A stretch of 64,000 nt of DNA from the human T2T-CHM13v2.0 reference genome, Homo sapiens (GCF_009914755.1 NC_060928.1); one strand, 5' to 3'; positions 32,147 through 48,993 are shown, counted from the first letter of the stretch. Notes: generated by a model not told the origin, from the letters alone. A program made the numbers and translations.

Positions 32147-33414
32147 GTCATCCCCATCCCTGGGGAAATGTACTATGAGCCCCAAATTGGTCAAAATATG
32201 TACAATAACATAACAGGTTTAATATATTAAGTTTCTGATTCAGGCAGTTTTCTTTAAATCATTGAGATAAGATTAAACGTTGAGTTATAGGTGAAGGAAG
32301 TAGTTTAATGTTTCTCTGGCTTTGTGCTGATTTTTCTAACCTTCTGTTAACAGTGACAGTATAAGGCACCAGTTATAAATGTGGGTTTTAGAACCAAATT
32401 GCTGGTGCTCAATTCAATATCTGCCAGAGACTAGCTGTAATACCCAGACTGATTACTAATATTCTCTGCTTCTCAGTCTCAAAATGGGATGGTGTTGATC
32501 ATAGTACTTTCCTCTTAAGGTGGTTGTTTGGGAGATTTAATTATATTATATATATAAAGCATTTAAATTTGTGCTTCAGCACTTAAAGTCCTCAAAAAAA
32601 CTTACCTGCTATTATTTTTCTGAGTTGCCTTGAGAACTGAATTCTAGAAAAAATAAAAAGAAGAAAAGGGACTTTGATGCACTACTACTACAATCTGGAC
32701 TATATAACCTCTTTTGAAGTAGAAATTGAACTCAATAACAGAATATTCTTAAAAGCTCTCGAATTAGTTAAAGCTCAAATTTTATGACTCTTGAAAAAGG
32801 CATATACAATATGCACGCATATTTAAGGTAATTCTTGAATGTTTTGTGGGCCCTAGTTTCTGTTCCCGCACTTAATAATGATACCTTTTCTGCTGTAAGT
32901 GAATTTTTAGTTGAGAAATAGAGTATAGTGTTCCATAAGGTAAACAAGATGCTGTGGTGCTCCAAAAATACAATTCACTCATCTACGAAGCTCTAATCCT
33001 GATAATAAAATGAAGAAGTTGAAAGAAGAATCATGCAAAAGATTTTAATCCCATCTTAAACAATTTTTAGATTTTTTATTTTCTTAAGATTCCAGCACTA
33101 TCAAATATGCTTTGCAATAGGTTATAATCAATACCAGTAAAATGCTTAGAGGTATTTTAAATTGTGGGAAGTAAAGGAAAAAATTGTGAGAGTAGACAAT
33201 GGAGCAACAACATGTAAAGTGATAAACTTCAAATATACAAGACACAAAATTTGGAGAAAAAAACCACAAAAGATTTTGGTATTTGGTAGTTTCTAGGAAA
33301 CTAAACATTGGTTATTCCCCAATTTCAACATATTGAGATAGTTGATGAGTAATAACTGATCCTAGGGGAGAGGCCTTTAAGCCACAGATTTCTCCATTCC
33401 ATTATACCTTTGAG

Positions 33415-33423
33415 TATATAAAA
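33415..33423 (+). promoter_or_regulatory. FDCSP: FDCSP TATA box
   Basis: TATATAAAA ~30 bp upstream of the inferred exon 1. Confidence 0.85.
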
Positions 33424-33444
33424 CAGCTACAATATTCCAGGGCC

Positions 33445-33503
33445 AGTCACTTGCCATTTCTCATAACAGCGTCAGAGAGAAAGAACTGACTGAAACGTTT
33501 GAG
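33445..33503 (+). other. FDCSP: FDCSP non-coding exon 1 (5' end approximate)
   Basis: Follows the TATA box; donor GAG|GTAAGA after 33503. Confidence 0.8.
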
Positions 33504-34915
33504 GTAAGAAAGGTCTTAAATATCATTGTAAACTAAGATTGTATATCTATTTTGTAAATATAGATATATAGCATCTCTCCATATATTTTTCTTTAAATCA
33601 TAAAAATTTTAATTGTTGAGACTAAATTGTAATGGTTGCTTGAATTTGTAGACTTACTAATTAGAAAACCATTTTTAGTATTCTGTTTGCAAAACTTTTT
33701 TTAAAATCACCACCCTGCTGTAGTAAATATTTATTTTAGAGTGACCATAAATGAATCTTTCTAGGAGTGGAGCACTGGTGGGGGAGAGTGTGGACAGAGT
33801 GAAACAACAGAGCCTCAGGTTTATTTTTAAATTTGTGGCCATCAGGTCAGCAAACAGAGGGAATACGCCCCGCCAGAGATTCTCTAAAGTCTGAGCAAGT
33901 GCCAATTTCTTTGGCCTCCTCTTTTATCTTTAAAATATATACAGTACTTACATTCCATTCCATAACATTTTATGTTGATTTTAATATAAAAGTCATTTGT
34001 CTTTCCCATAAACTCTTGAATAAAATTAATTATCTAGGAAGATGCATCTGATTTATCTGGAGAATCATTTATTCTACAGCACGCAGCAATAAACTGCTAT
34101 GGGTATCATGACTTGATAAGTATAAAAATAAAAGGAGATAGCTGGTAATTATGCTTGTCCTGACTCTAAGATATGATCTGGAAGAGTCTGTAATGTGGAT
34201 TATTTACTTATTTGCTTAATGTAGTTTTGAATAATTCTTGAAACCAGTTGAAAGAAATTATATTGTAAAGGCCCTGCTTGAATTCTATTCTCTCCAAAAC
34301 TATTTTCTCAACCTGCCTCTTTCTTCTTCTAAATACTCAAAATATTTTGCAATTTCTACATATGGTATATATCACGCTTTTTTTTCACATTACAGAAATA
34401 TCTGTATCCATCTTCCATGTGGAAGTCTCAAGTGGAAGAAATTATGCTTTATCATTGTATCCCTGAAAGCACCCAGCATTGTTGCTTTGCACATAGAAAG
34501 TGGACTATGTATATGTATGTGTGTGTCTGTGAGGAGTATGTGTGAGTGTGTGCATGTGTGTGTTTGTATAATTTTTACTCTTGATTTCCTACATTAACAA
34601 TCTGCCTGTAGAAGTCTGAACTTGACCGGAATTTTACATTCCTGTCTTCTCAAAATTATTAGATTATCTGGTACTTTTTTGAATTTGAATTCAAATTTTG
34701 ATTAGTATCAGAAAATAAAGGCAGAGATCAAAACTTTGCTACATTTTTTACACTGCGTTCTTTTGTCTCATAGATATATAGGAAACATCAAAAGGTGATA
34801 AAATTTCCCTAGAATCTCCACTATCTCAAAGGTACTTCAAAATGATAATGATATTAAAAATTGACATTTTCCCCAATGTAAAATATTAAATTAAATAGTC
34901 TTTAAAAAGCTTTGT

Positions 34916-35266
34916 TCCTATTTCTCCGCATCCTCTCCAGCACCTGTTGTTTCCTGACTTTTTAATGATTGCCATTCTAACTGGTGTGAGATGATATCTC
35001 ATAGTGGTTTTGATTTGCATTTCTCTGATGGCCAGTGATGATGAGCATTTCTTCATGTGTTTTTTGGCTGCATAAATGTCTTCTTTTGAGAAGTGTCTGT
35101 TCATGTCCTTCGGAGGGGGGAGGGATAGCATTGGGAGATATACCTAATGCTAGATGACACATTAGTGGGTGCAGCGCACCAGCATGGCACATGTATACAT
35201 ATGTAACTAACCTGCACAATGTGCACATGTACCCTAAAACTTAGAGTATAATAAAAAAAAAAAAAA
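34916..35266 (+). mobile_element. L1HS-Ta, 5'-truncated and 5'-inverted (twin-primed)
   Basis: Antisense ORF2 piece 34916-35112 joined to sense 3' UTR 35113-35252 plus poly-A; Ta diagnostics ACA (35159-35161, GATGACACATTAG) and G (35244, CTTAGAGTAT); perfect 12-bp TSD AAAAAGCTTTGT at 34904-34915 and 35267-35278; TTT/AAAAA endonuclease site. Confidence 0.95.
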
Positions 35267-35352
35267 AAAAAGCTTTGTAATGTATTTACTTATAACAATG
35301 TAACAGTGAGCTTAAAAGATCCATAAATCAGGGACTTTCCAAACTGATATTA

Positions 35353-37744
35353 CAGGCAAACTTCAGAGATACTGCAGGTTCAGTTCTTGACCACCACCAT
35401 AGAATGAGTATCAAAGTTAGGCAGGTCAAATGAATTTCTTGGATTCCCAGTGTACATAAAAGTTATGATTACACTACAGCATTGTATGTTAAGTGTAATA
35501 GCAGTATGTCTAGAAAAACAACATACATATCTTAATTAAAACATACTTTATTGCTCAAAAATGCTAACAATTATCTCAGTCTTCACTGAGTCATAATCTT
35601 TTTGCTGGTGTAGGGTCTTGCCTTGATGTTGATGGCTGCTGAATGATCAGGGTGATGGTTCCTGAAGGCTAAGCTGGCTGTGGCAATTTCTTAAAATAAG
35701 TCAACAATGAAGTTTGACACACAGATTGACTCTTCCTTTCACAAAAGATTTCTCTGTAGCATGCGATGTTGTAGCATTTTGGAGCATGTGAAGCATTTTG
35801 CCCACAGTATTTCTTTCAAAATGGGACTCAACCCTTGCAAACCCTGCCACTGCTTTATCAATTAAGTTTATGTAGTATTTTAAATCATTTACTGTCATTT
35901 GAAAAATATTCACAGCATCTTCACCAGGAGTAGATTCCATCTCAAGAAACCACTTTCTTTGCTCATCCATAAGAAGCCATTTTTCATTCATTCAAGTTTT
36001 ACCGTTAGATTGAAGCAATTAAGTCACATGTTCAAGCTTCACTTCTAATTCTAGTTCTCTTGCTATTTCCACCACATCTGCAAGTTACTTCCTCCACTGA
36101 AGTCTTGAATCCCTCAAAGTCATCCACAAGAGTTGGAATCAACTTCTCCCAAACTCCTGTAATGTTGATATTTTGGCCTCCTCCTATGAATCACAAATGG
36201 TCTTAATGGCATCTGGAGTGGTGTATATTTTACAGAAGGTTTTTAATTTACTTTGCCCAGATCCATCAAATAAATCACTATCTGTGCCAGCTATAGCCTT
36301 ACAAAATGTATTTATTTAATAATGAAACCTGAAAGTCAAATTTACTCTTTGATCCATAGGCTGCAGAATGGATGTTGTGTTAGCAGGCATGAAAACAACA
36401 TTCATCTCTTTGTACATCTGCTTCAGAGTTCTTGGGGGCTCAGGTACATTTTCAATGAATGGCAATATTTTGAAAAAAACATTTTTTCCTAAGAAGTGAG
36501 CTGAAAATATTAGTAAACCATGCTGTGTTAGATGTACTGCCATCCAGGCTTTGTTGTTCCATCCACAGAGCACAGGAAGAGTAGATTTAGTATAATTCTT
36601 AAGGGCACTACGATTTTCTAAATGATAAATGAGCATTGGCTTCAATTTAGGAAACCAGCTCTATCCCTTTAAAAGAGTCAGCCTGTCCTTTGAAGCTTTG
36701 AAGCCAGGCATTGTCTTCTTCTCTTTAGCTATGAAAGTTCTAGATGGTATCTTTCTCCAAAATAAGACTGTTTCGTCCACAATAAAAATCTATTATTTAT
36801 TGTAGTGTTCTTAGATAGATTTTCTGGATAACACTGCAGCCTCTATATCAACACCTGCTGCTTTACCTTGCACTTTTATGTTATAGCCAATCTCTGCTAG
36901 CTTCCAACTTTTCATCTGCAGTTTCTTCACATCTCTCAATCTTTGTATAATTAAAGAGCATAGGGGCCTTCTTCTAGATTAGGCTTCTGCTTAATAAAAT
37001 GTGCTGGCTGGTTTGATCTATCCAGACAACTAAAAACTTTCTCCATGTTGGGAATAAGACTCTTTCGCTTTCTTGTCATTCCTGTGTTCATTGTAGTAGC
37101 ACTTTTAATTCCCTTCAAAACTTTTCCTTCGCATTCACAACTTGGCTAACTAGTTGTTGCAAGATCCTAGCTTTCAGCTTATCTTGGCTTTTGACATTCC
37201 TTCTTCACTAAATCGTTTTTACCTTTTGATGTAAAGTAGGAGACATGCGACTCTTCCTTTCACTAGAACACTTAGAAGGCATTGTAGGGTTATTAACTGG
37301 CCCAGATTTAATATTATCATGTCTCAGGAAATAGAAAAGCCTGAGGAGAGGAAGAGATAACTGGGGGCATGGCCAGTGAGTGGAGCAATCGAAACATTCA
37401 CAAGATTTATCAAATAAGTTTGCCACTTATTTTTCCCATAACACCCCCAAATAATTAGATCAAAGTAACACCACCAAAGACCACTGATCACAGATCACCA
37501 TAAAAGATATAATAAAATATTATTACATCTTTATAATGTCTTATAGATATCAAAATATCTTATAATACTGAAAACTTTAAAATATTGCTAGGATTACCAA
37601 AATATGACACAGAGACATGCAGTGAGCATGTGCTGTTGGAAAAATGGTGCTGATAGACTTGCTCGATGCCGGATTGCCACAAATTGCCACTCAATTAGTA
37701 AAAAACAAGATATGTATGAAGTGCAATAAAATGAGGTGTGCCTG
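35353..37744 (-). mobile_element. Near full-length Tigger1 DNA transposon (decayed pogo-like transposase)
   Basis: Termini TA|CAGGCAAACTTC and GAGGTGTGCCTG|TA; ~2.39 kb; ORF remnants PANTTSILQPMDQ (36316-36645) and WFLEMESTPGEDAVNI (35701-35991). Confidence 0.92.
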
Positions 37745-38540
37745 TATATACACAACACCTAGAATAACATCTCATACTTAGTCAGTTATCAAGAAAACCT
37801 TTATAAACTAATAAATTAACAAATATGAGGCAAATTTCAAGTAAAGTCCCCTAGCCAATCTCCATTTTCAACTTGATTGCCTTTCCCAGAACCCCCCACA
37901 TATTCTTTAGCACATACTGCATTCACACCATGACAAAGAAGAGGATTAATGCCTAATGATACCATCCAATATGGAAGATTTCCCATTATTATTTGAAATC
38001 AAGTAATATGCACATGTTTATTGTATTAATGACAAATATTTATAAATGCAAATGTTCTGTTTCATTGTGTACTCCATTATAAAATTATTGAATAAATCTT
38101 TAATTTAGCTCAGTTTTCTCAAATATAATATTAACAATATTGTAACTGATACATTTTAACAGTGTGTGTAATATGATAAGGAATCTACAGTGAAAATTAA
38201 AATACAATAAAATGCTTTGGAAAGTCCTTTATCATTTATTAAATAATAAAACTTGAAAGTCAAAATTACTCTATGATCCATGGACTGCAGGATGGATTTT
38301 GTGTTAGCAGGCAAGAAAAGAGATCCTTCTTCACATCGTGGATTTTTGGGGGTTGCCTGGAACCAGTGCAAATAAATCTGTCACCTACATTACTTTCATG
38401 GACATTAGTATATGGAATGTTGAACTCTCTGAGATCACTAAATAACCGCTTACTTCCAAACTAACATTCTCTGTATAAACCAATGCATTATTTCTTCCAG
38501 AAACTTTTCTGTGATTATCAAGTATGTAGAAGTGTTATTC

Positions 38541-38592
38541 TTTTATTTTTTATTTTAAGTTCAGGGATACATGTGTAGGTTTGTTACATAGG
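38541..38592 (-). mobile_element. Very short L1PA 3'-end fragment
   Basis: T-rich tail followed by TTAAGTTCAGGGATACATGTGTAGGTTTGTTACATAGG. Confidence 0.6.
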
Positions 38593-38877
38593 AATTAGTA
38601 TTCTTAAATAATATGTTAATGTTTATTTTTAAAGCAATTGGTGTAATATAGTTATGAAATTACAAAGCTCCTTTGCTTTGACCTTTAAAAAGTTCTTTAT
38701 TAACAAATAGATTGATTCCCTAAGATTGTAAGTGACTTGCTCAAACTCAAAGAGCTATTTGTCAAATAATTCGTACTTTAACTGGATCTTTTAAATTCAT
38801 GGTCTTTTAGCTGACTTCTAGGATATTTATGAATAAAATGAAAGTTCTTCTTATTTTTTATTTACTCCATTTTGCAG

Positions 38878-41870
<2,993 letters not shown>

Positions 41871-42767
41871 ACAAGAAGGAAAAGTCACGATAAACCTGGT
41901 AAGTACACATAGTTACAATCATAGTTTATTTTAAGTTTGCAGATTGGAATCCATAATTTCAAGGAAAAAAAAATGTTAACTATGTCCCTAGTTGGCCCCT
42001 TTCAGTTTCTGTTTGTTTTAATGTTTTTCTCTGGTAGATACTGTCACGTGTGTCCACTCAGAAATACACATGTGCCCTTCCATGATCTAACCAGCACAGC
42101 ACTTTAAATCCCTCCTTGGTTGTGATGTAACAGAAACAATTTCAATTTTATTAAAATATTGTTTACAAAGTATTTGTAACTCTTTATACTATTGTCAATA
42201 ACTGCATTTTGGACTGAATCAGAGTAACCAAGGTGGAGATCATAGTAGATGAAGTTATGGGCCTAGAGTTTAAAGTAGACCAGCTTAGCCCTTAGAGAAA
42301 CATGTAATTTTTCTAATACTAAAACTCCAAACCTAGCTTCCAAGTGTCACATTATAGTAAAATTTTAAAGGCTTCATGCTTCACCTATAACAGTGGCCCC
42401 TGTCATTTCATCACATCAAAAACAAAGTGGATGGTGTGTCAATTACTAGATAAATTGAGGAAATATAATCTATACTATAGACTATAGATCTAATCTACTA
42501 TAATAATTTATAATTTAATATATATAATTTAATCTTATCTAAGATTAAATTAGAACCCAGAGGACTGTTCTAGGAAAAAAATATTTCAGCTACTACTTAC
42601 CACTAAAGACCTTTGCTTTCTTTCTACATCTTGAGCAGATGGTTTCCCAGTCCTTGAACTAGATATATTTTTAAGCCAATAGTTGTCATTAAAATGCAGA
42701 AAATGTATATGTTTCCAAGAAAATGACCCATTGCAATTAATAACCATATGTCTGTTATTTATTTCAG

Positions 42768-42915
42768 GTCACCTGAAATTGAAATTGAGCCACTTCCTTG
42801 AAGAATCAAAATTCCTGTTAATAAAAGAAAAACAAATGTAATTGAAATAGCACACAGCATTCTCTAGTCAATATCTTTAGTGATCTTCTTTAATAAACAT
42901 GAAAGCAAAGATTTT
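42768..42915 (+). other. FDCSP: FDCSP last exon (3' UTR)
   Basis: Donor CTG|GTAAGT after 41898; acceptor TTTCAG ending 42767; AATAAA at 42820-42825 and 42892-42897. Confidence 0.85.
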
Positions 42916-43889
42916 GGTTTCTTAATTTCCACAAATTCCATGATTAGTACTCAATTTGTTTTCAATCTTCAGCAATCCCCTGAAGAAGGAAGAGGTGGCA
43001 GGTGGTGATAAAAATAAACTGTCCTACAGCATGTGACAAAAGTCATCCAACAAGATTCTACTTGCACAATAAGCCTTTCAGTGGGTCAGAATGACTGCCT
43101 TTGTCTCCATAAGTTGATTATCAGGAAATTAGAAAAATTCTCTTTGAATAAAGATTATGTTTCTTCACCTTAAGTTTAAATTGTTCATAGCTGAGCCCCT
43201 TAGCATCAATAATGGAAATTCTGCCACCATTCATCCATAACTGGCTACAAATCAAAGTCAGCCTAATGAGCCACTTGGCACTTGAGTAGGGAAATGGCTG
43301 ACTCCCTTGGTCACTTTCAGGGATTACAGGTACCTCAAACATTTAAATATTTATTGGCATTAAAGTCAGTGATTCCAATTAAAATATGGGAAAGACAGCA
43401 AGAAAACCAAACAGTCATCAATATAATTTGGTAAATTAATTTTATAGGCATTGTTTCCTAACTTTACGGCTGATAGATTGGAGGCAACTGCATGACCCGG
43501 GAGAGGCAGTCATGGGAAAATAAGATAGAGGGGCAGAGAGAACAAAGGCAATCAGAGCCCTGAAGAGGGGCCAAAGACAAATGGTTGCTCTGAAATGTGG
43601 AAGAGTCAGCTCTGCAAGTAATCTACTGTGCCACTAATCTACTATCTAATCTAATCTATCCCACTTTTTTGTTTCATTAAAAGTCTTTGACATCTCTCCT
43701 TAACTCTCAGATTAGAGCTTTTATTTTATCTGCCTCATTTTATGTCACAATAACTTTCTGAAGAAAAAACAACTCTGGCATTTACTTTTAACTACTAGAT
43801 TTGTTTCTATTAAAATTAATCAACTATTTCCCCCACCCAGTGAATTTGGGCATTATTCTTGAATACTGTAATTAGAAAACAACAGGGAG

Positions 43890-44447
43890 TATCTGTGTAT
43901 TTACATACAGAAAAATACAGTAAAATGTGGTATAAAAGATTTTTTAAAATGATACCACTATATACAGTACTTATACCCTATATAGGCCTCTAGGCCTGGA
44001 ATTTGCTCTGGGTGAGTCAGTAAGTGAGTGGTGATTAAATGTGAAGGCCCAGGACATTACTGTACACTACTGTGAACCTTATAAATACTGCAAACTTAGG
44101 CTACTCTAAATTTATGAAAACATATTTTTCTTTCTTCAATAATGAATTAAGGTACAAAAATATCTTTAGAATATAAAGATACAAAAAAAGACACAAAAAC
44201 ATCTTTATTCTTTATAACCTCATTCTATAAGTTTTCTCTACTGTTAAATATAAATACTTTTTTTACTTTTAAACTTTTTTGTTTAAAACCAAGACACAAA
44301 CATACATATTAGCCTAGGCCTACCCAGGGCCAGGATTATCAAGACATCCCTAGCAACAAGAGTTTTTCAGCTCCATTATAATCTTATGAGATGACCATCA
44401 TAGATAGTTAGGCATTGACCAAAACACTGTTATACAGCGCATGACTA
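43890..44447 (-). mobile_element. Tigger3/MER7-family fragment
   Basis: TTTTCAGCTCCATTATAATCTTATG...GCGCATGACT is the reverse complement of the Tigger3/MER7 left end. Confidence 0.7.
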
Positions 44448-45734
44448 TACTTATTTTTTGTCAATTGTCGTGCTAAATACTGGCGATTTGGGGAAAATAT
44501 TGTTGTGCTAAATACTAGTGATTAAGAAAAAAGATTCTCTTTAATGATCTTACAGGTTAGATAGGGGAGATAAACATATACAAAATTTCAAGAAATGTAA
44601 TAAATGCTCCAAAAAATTACAGAGCTTTTTGTTTTAAAGCAGAGGAGAAACTAGCTCTGCCTACACAAATTAGGAAAGGTCCCACAGGTGACTTTGAGTT
44701 GAACTTTAATGGATACATAGGTTACTGACAGGGAAATAGGCACAAATTAGATGCTGAATAGATATTTACTAGATAAGCTCTACACTCAAATTGGTATTTT
44801 TGCTTGTTGCTTTTATTTTCTTTTTGTTTTTTTTATTGAAAACGGATATTTTTAACGATGTTTATTTTCATTGGACAAAGACAAAAGAGCAAAAGATGGG
44901 AGTGAAATACTTTAAAACATATTTCTAATAAATATATAAAGTTCTATTAATCTTAGGAACAACCTCTAACCTGAGAAGCAAAAGATAAACATCTTAATAA
45001 TATTCTTGTTCACTAAATAACATTTCTACCAATTTTTCATGCAGATACAGAGCAAATATAACCTGATGAGTTATTTCCTTATGAAAGTAGCTAATATATC
45101 TAGGAGACAGTATTTATTTAGACTTCTATGTCAATTCAATAATACCCGGGCAGAGTTGAAACTCTGGCCAAAGCCATGGGCATCAAACCAAGGTAGCTGA
45201 AGGACACTAACAGCAATACAGCAAGGTGAACAGCAAGGCATGGACCACCTATTGGATGCTCCCCACAATCGCTTAAGGAAGCTTCTACTTCCCCTCAAGT
45301 ATCCAAGACTTTAGCACGGGAATGAAATAAGAGCACAGAGACACACTGAATTATAATTGCCGTCACTCTAAATGAGAGCCCAGCTAGAGACCAGTCTCCC
45401 CAACAGTCAGGAGAAGACCAGTTCTAATACACTCACAGGAGAACAGAGCCCAGAAAAATCCAACCCTCATCCACATGTTCTAACTCTTCTATGAAGTAAG
45501 TTAGAATTCAAGGGGAAAACAGATAATATGACTGCCCACTTTAGAAGTTCTTCTTGACTAGGTTCTGGCCTCATGCAGAGGAAAGTAGTAATTCCAAAAC
45601 ATTGATCTGCATAAAAAATTATTTAGTTTCTTATTTGTTCTTCAGATTTCTAGGAACATTCCTGCTCTGAAAATTTTGACTCCGTGTTGTGGGATTAGGC
45701 AGGAATTTGCAACTTGAACAAGTAGTACAGATAA

Positions 45735-47090
45735 TTAATCATTTGCTCAAAAAGTATTTGTCTAATATGTGCCAAGCACAGGTTTAGAGACTGGGACTAT
45801 TATTTTCTAATGGAAAAGGACAGGAAATAGTAAATGAACATATATAAGTTAAAAAACATTTTATATTGTAATATGTTATGAGGAAAATAAAAGGTAAAAT
45901 AATAAAGTGTTTGAAGAAGTATTTAGACAAACTGCCAAGGAAAGCCTCTCTGAAATGAAGACATTTGAGCTGAATCCCAAATAATACAGGCAACATTACT
46001 GAGAATTGAGGTAAGAACATTCCAGAGACCATGAATATAAATGGAAGTTCCTGATTTAGGAGAGAGTTTGGCACATTCTAGGAACAGAAATGTCATTGAA
46101 ACCAGCACACAGTGAGAGAAAAAGTGGTAGAAGTTAAGGTAAGATGGATAAAGAGAGACCAAATTATTTAGAAACAGTCCCTGGCAAAAAGTTTGAATGT
46201 ATTGTAAGTGCATAGGAATCCATTGAGAATTTAATCAGAAGAATAATCATATCAGATATATGTTAAAAATAACATTTTTATAACTGTGTAAGAAATGAGT
46301 ATAGGGCGATAAGAGTGAAAGTAAAGAGACCAAAAACAGAAATATTAGGATGGTTCAAGTGTAACATGCCAGTGGCTGGGACTAAAGCAACAAAGGTCAG
46401 ATTAGAAAGTGGTGTCAGATTTGGGGTATATTGTTAAGATAGAATTAATAATTCTTCTAACAGGTTGTTGCAGGGAGGAGAGAAAAGATGACCTATAGGA
46501 GTCACCAGATGGCCCCTGAGCCACTAGTAGTATCATGGTACTGTTTCCTAAAGGAGAAAAGAGACTAGTGGAGAACTAGTTGTGAAACAGGGTATGTTTG
46601 GAAATAGAAGATTCTGTTTTGTTCATGATAATTTGGAGATGTCTATTTTACATGCAAATAGAGATTTTAAAACAGCTATTGGATACTTGAATCTACAGTT
46701 CAGTGAAGGCAATAGCCTACTGATGATACTTAAGGTTACAGGAATTGAGTACATTAACTAGAAAGATATTAAAGATAGAGGGAGAAAAGATAGAGTGGTG
46801 GTGGATGCTGGAAGAATTTTTAAAAGTTCTCCTAAATTTAGAGTTTGAGGAAAATAAGAGGAACCAAAATGGAAATTAAGAGCAGCTTTAAGTGACTCGA
46901 CGGGGAAAAAAAAGAAGGAAAAGTCAAAAAGTTTTACCAGCCAGAAAAATGAATCACCATGCCAAGAGTTGCTACAATATTGAGTGGGAAGAATATCTAA
47001 CAGCTACCACTGGATTTGGCTACACAGAGATCATCGTTGATCTGGCTGTTTATTTTGAATGGTAACAAGAATGACAAGAATGAAGTAAAC
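45735..47090 (-). mobile_element. L2 LINE remnant
   Basis: Degenerate L2 motifs (TATGTGCCAAGCAC, GGAAAGCCTCTCTGA..GACATTTGAGCTGA, GATTTGGGGTATATT). Confidence 0.6.
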
Positions 47091-48478
47091 ATAGGACAGG
47101 ATTATAGGGGGTCTTGGGTTCGTGTTGGAGAAATAACACTTTACATAAATTGATTATCCCTTGTATGTTTAAATCTGTATATTTTAATGGCTTCAGAAAT
47201 CTTTGGACCCTAAAACTTACTGAGGAATAAATTAATGTGTGTGCTAATGCTAAAGTCACAATGACACTCACTCTAGGCTCCAGATGACATCAAATGTCTC
47301 CTCACAATCTGAAAATAGTCTTTCTGTAAGTGTTCAGGAGAAAGCACTATCTCCTTAGATAATCTCTACAAACAGAGATTGTGGCTGTCTACTATACTCC
47401 CAAAAGTACTTTGTTTCTAATACAAACAGTTTGTATGTGTATTGTTTGTTTAACAGAAGTGGCTACAGGAGAGTAAAATTTTGATATTCCACTTTGCTCT
47501 AGTTTGTTGACCATTTTAAAGAGCATTTTATGCTATTTTTTCCATGGTTTTTACATATAGCAAAGACTTTTGAAGCATACACATTTCTTTTTTGTATGCT
47601 TTTAGAAAATACCAATTTTCTAATGCCTTACTAATCCTATGGAAAGCTGTGTTCATCATTTACTTTGCAACTACTGTTACAAACATTATTGTACTTCAAG
47701 AACAAAATAGAGTGTTGAGGTCAGCCTGGTACTAATGAAGTGGCTGAGAAATAAAATGAGACAGAAAAAATAAAACTACATGCATGTAAATACCATCAAG
47801 GGAAGATAAAACAGACATGAAGTACATTTCAAAAGTAAGAAACATTAACAGAATAACAAGAAGTTGTTACTAAAAAAGAGTGTATATGAGTCAATAATCA
47901 TTATGTCACTTATTGCAAAATGTTTTTGTTTACAATGCTTAAAATGTGAACTTATGTACCCACAATAGCCTCTTACCCAGTCCCAGTGTGTGAATGGTGG
48001 TATGAATATACACTGATTATCAGGACCTAAACAAAGGGAAGTTGCAGCTGGACTGAAAAGCCCTGCTGGTTCTCTTCCCACAATCCAGGGACATTCCAGA
48101 ATCAGGCCATGACCCTGTTGATGGATGCATAAGTAGATAAAGACTGGTGGTTTCGTTCCAGATTATAAACACTCTCAGTTTCGAGGCCTTGTTCAGCACC
48201 ATCGCAGCTTCCTTGGAGATTTCAGAGCATGCGAGTTCTGATCCTCCTTTTGCTTTTCTTTCGAAAACGCAAGAGCATTGCATAGCTCCATTATAGAATC
48301 CATCTAATTCATCTACTCCAGTCACTCAAAACACTTTCACTAAGGTTGCCTTAGATCAGTAGATATGGGAAATATCCAATGTTACCAGTACTCAAGTAAA
48401 TTTTAGACTATGAGGTCCACAAGAACAGAGATGTTTACCTGCTTTGGTTACTAATTTATCCCTACTACCTGAAACAAT

Positions 48479-48556
48479 ACCTGAAATAAGGTATGTGCTC
48501 AAAGAATAATGTCCAGGACCTGAAATATTGTATGTGCTCAAATAATAATGTCCAGT
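48479..48556. repeat. 39-bp tandem duplication
   Basis: ACCTGAAATA(AG/TT)GTATGTGCTCAAA(G/T)AATAATGTCCAG twice. Confidence 0.9.
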
Positions 48557-48993
48557 TTTGCAAAGCCCCACAAAAGCTACATTAGTATTTGAAGTGAATG
48601 GGTGACACCATGGTAAACATGTTTTTATCTTGGTGGGAGAAAAGATTACTAGCACTCTCAGATGTTCTTAAAATATATTTTCCTGTGAAAACAATGTCTT
48701 CAGAAGTGTTCTGAGTCTCTGCTACTTGTAAATTAAATAATTCAATACTCAACTGAAAATCATTATCACTCTTATTACTCTAAATAAATGGCTGAGAAAT
48801 TACTATGTGAAATAGAACACCTTCAAAATTTGAGGAATGACCGGATCATGATCTTTCAACCACGGACCCTGATAATCAAAGGAAAACACTGTGACTAAAT
48901 AGTTCAGATAGAATGGCTGTTGTTATTACTTTACCAACTTGGTTTAGCCATTTTAAATTCTGTCATCTCTTTTTGAACCACAAAAACCAACTA

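Noticed and set aside
48479-48556. Short direct repeats as a CRISPR-like or functional array
   Set aside because: Only two units, no spacers, eukaryotic context; ordinary tandem duplication
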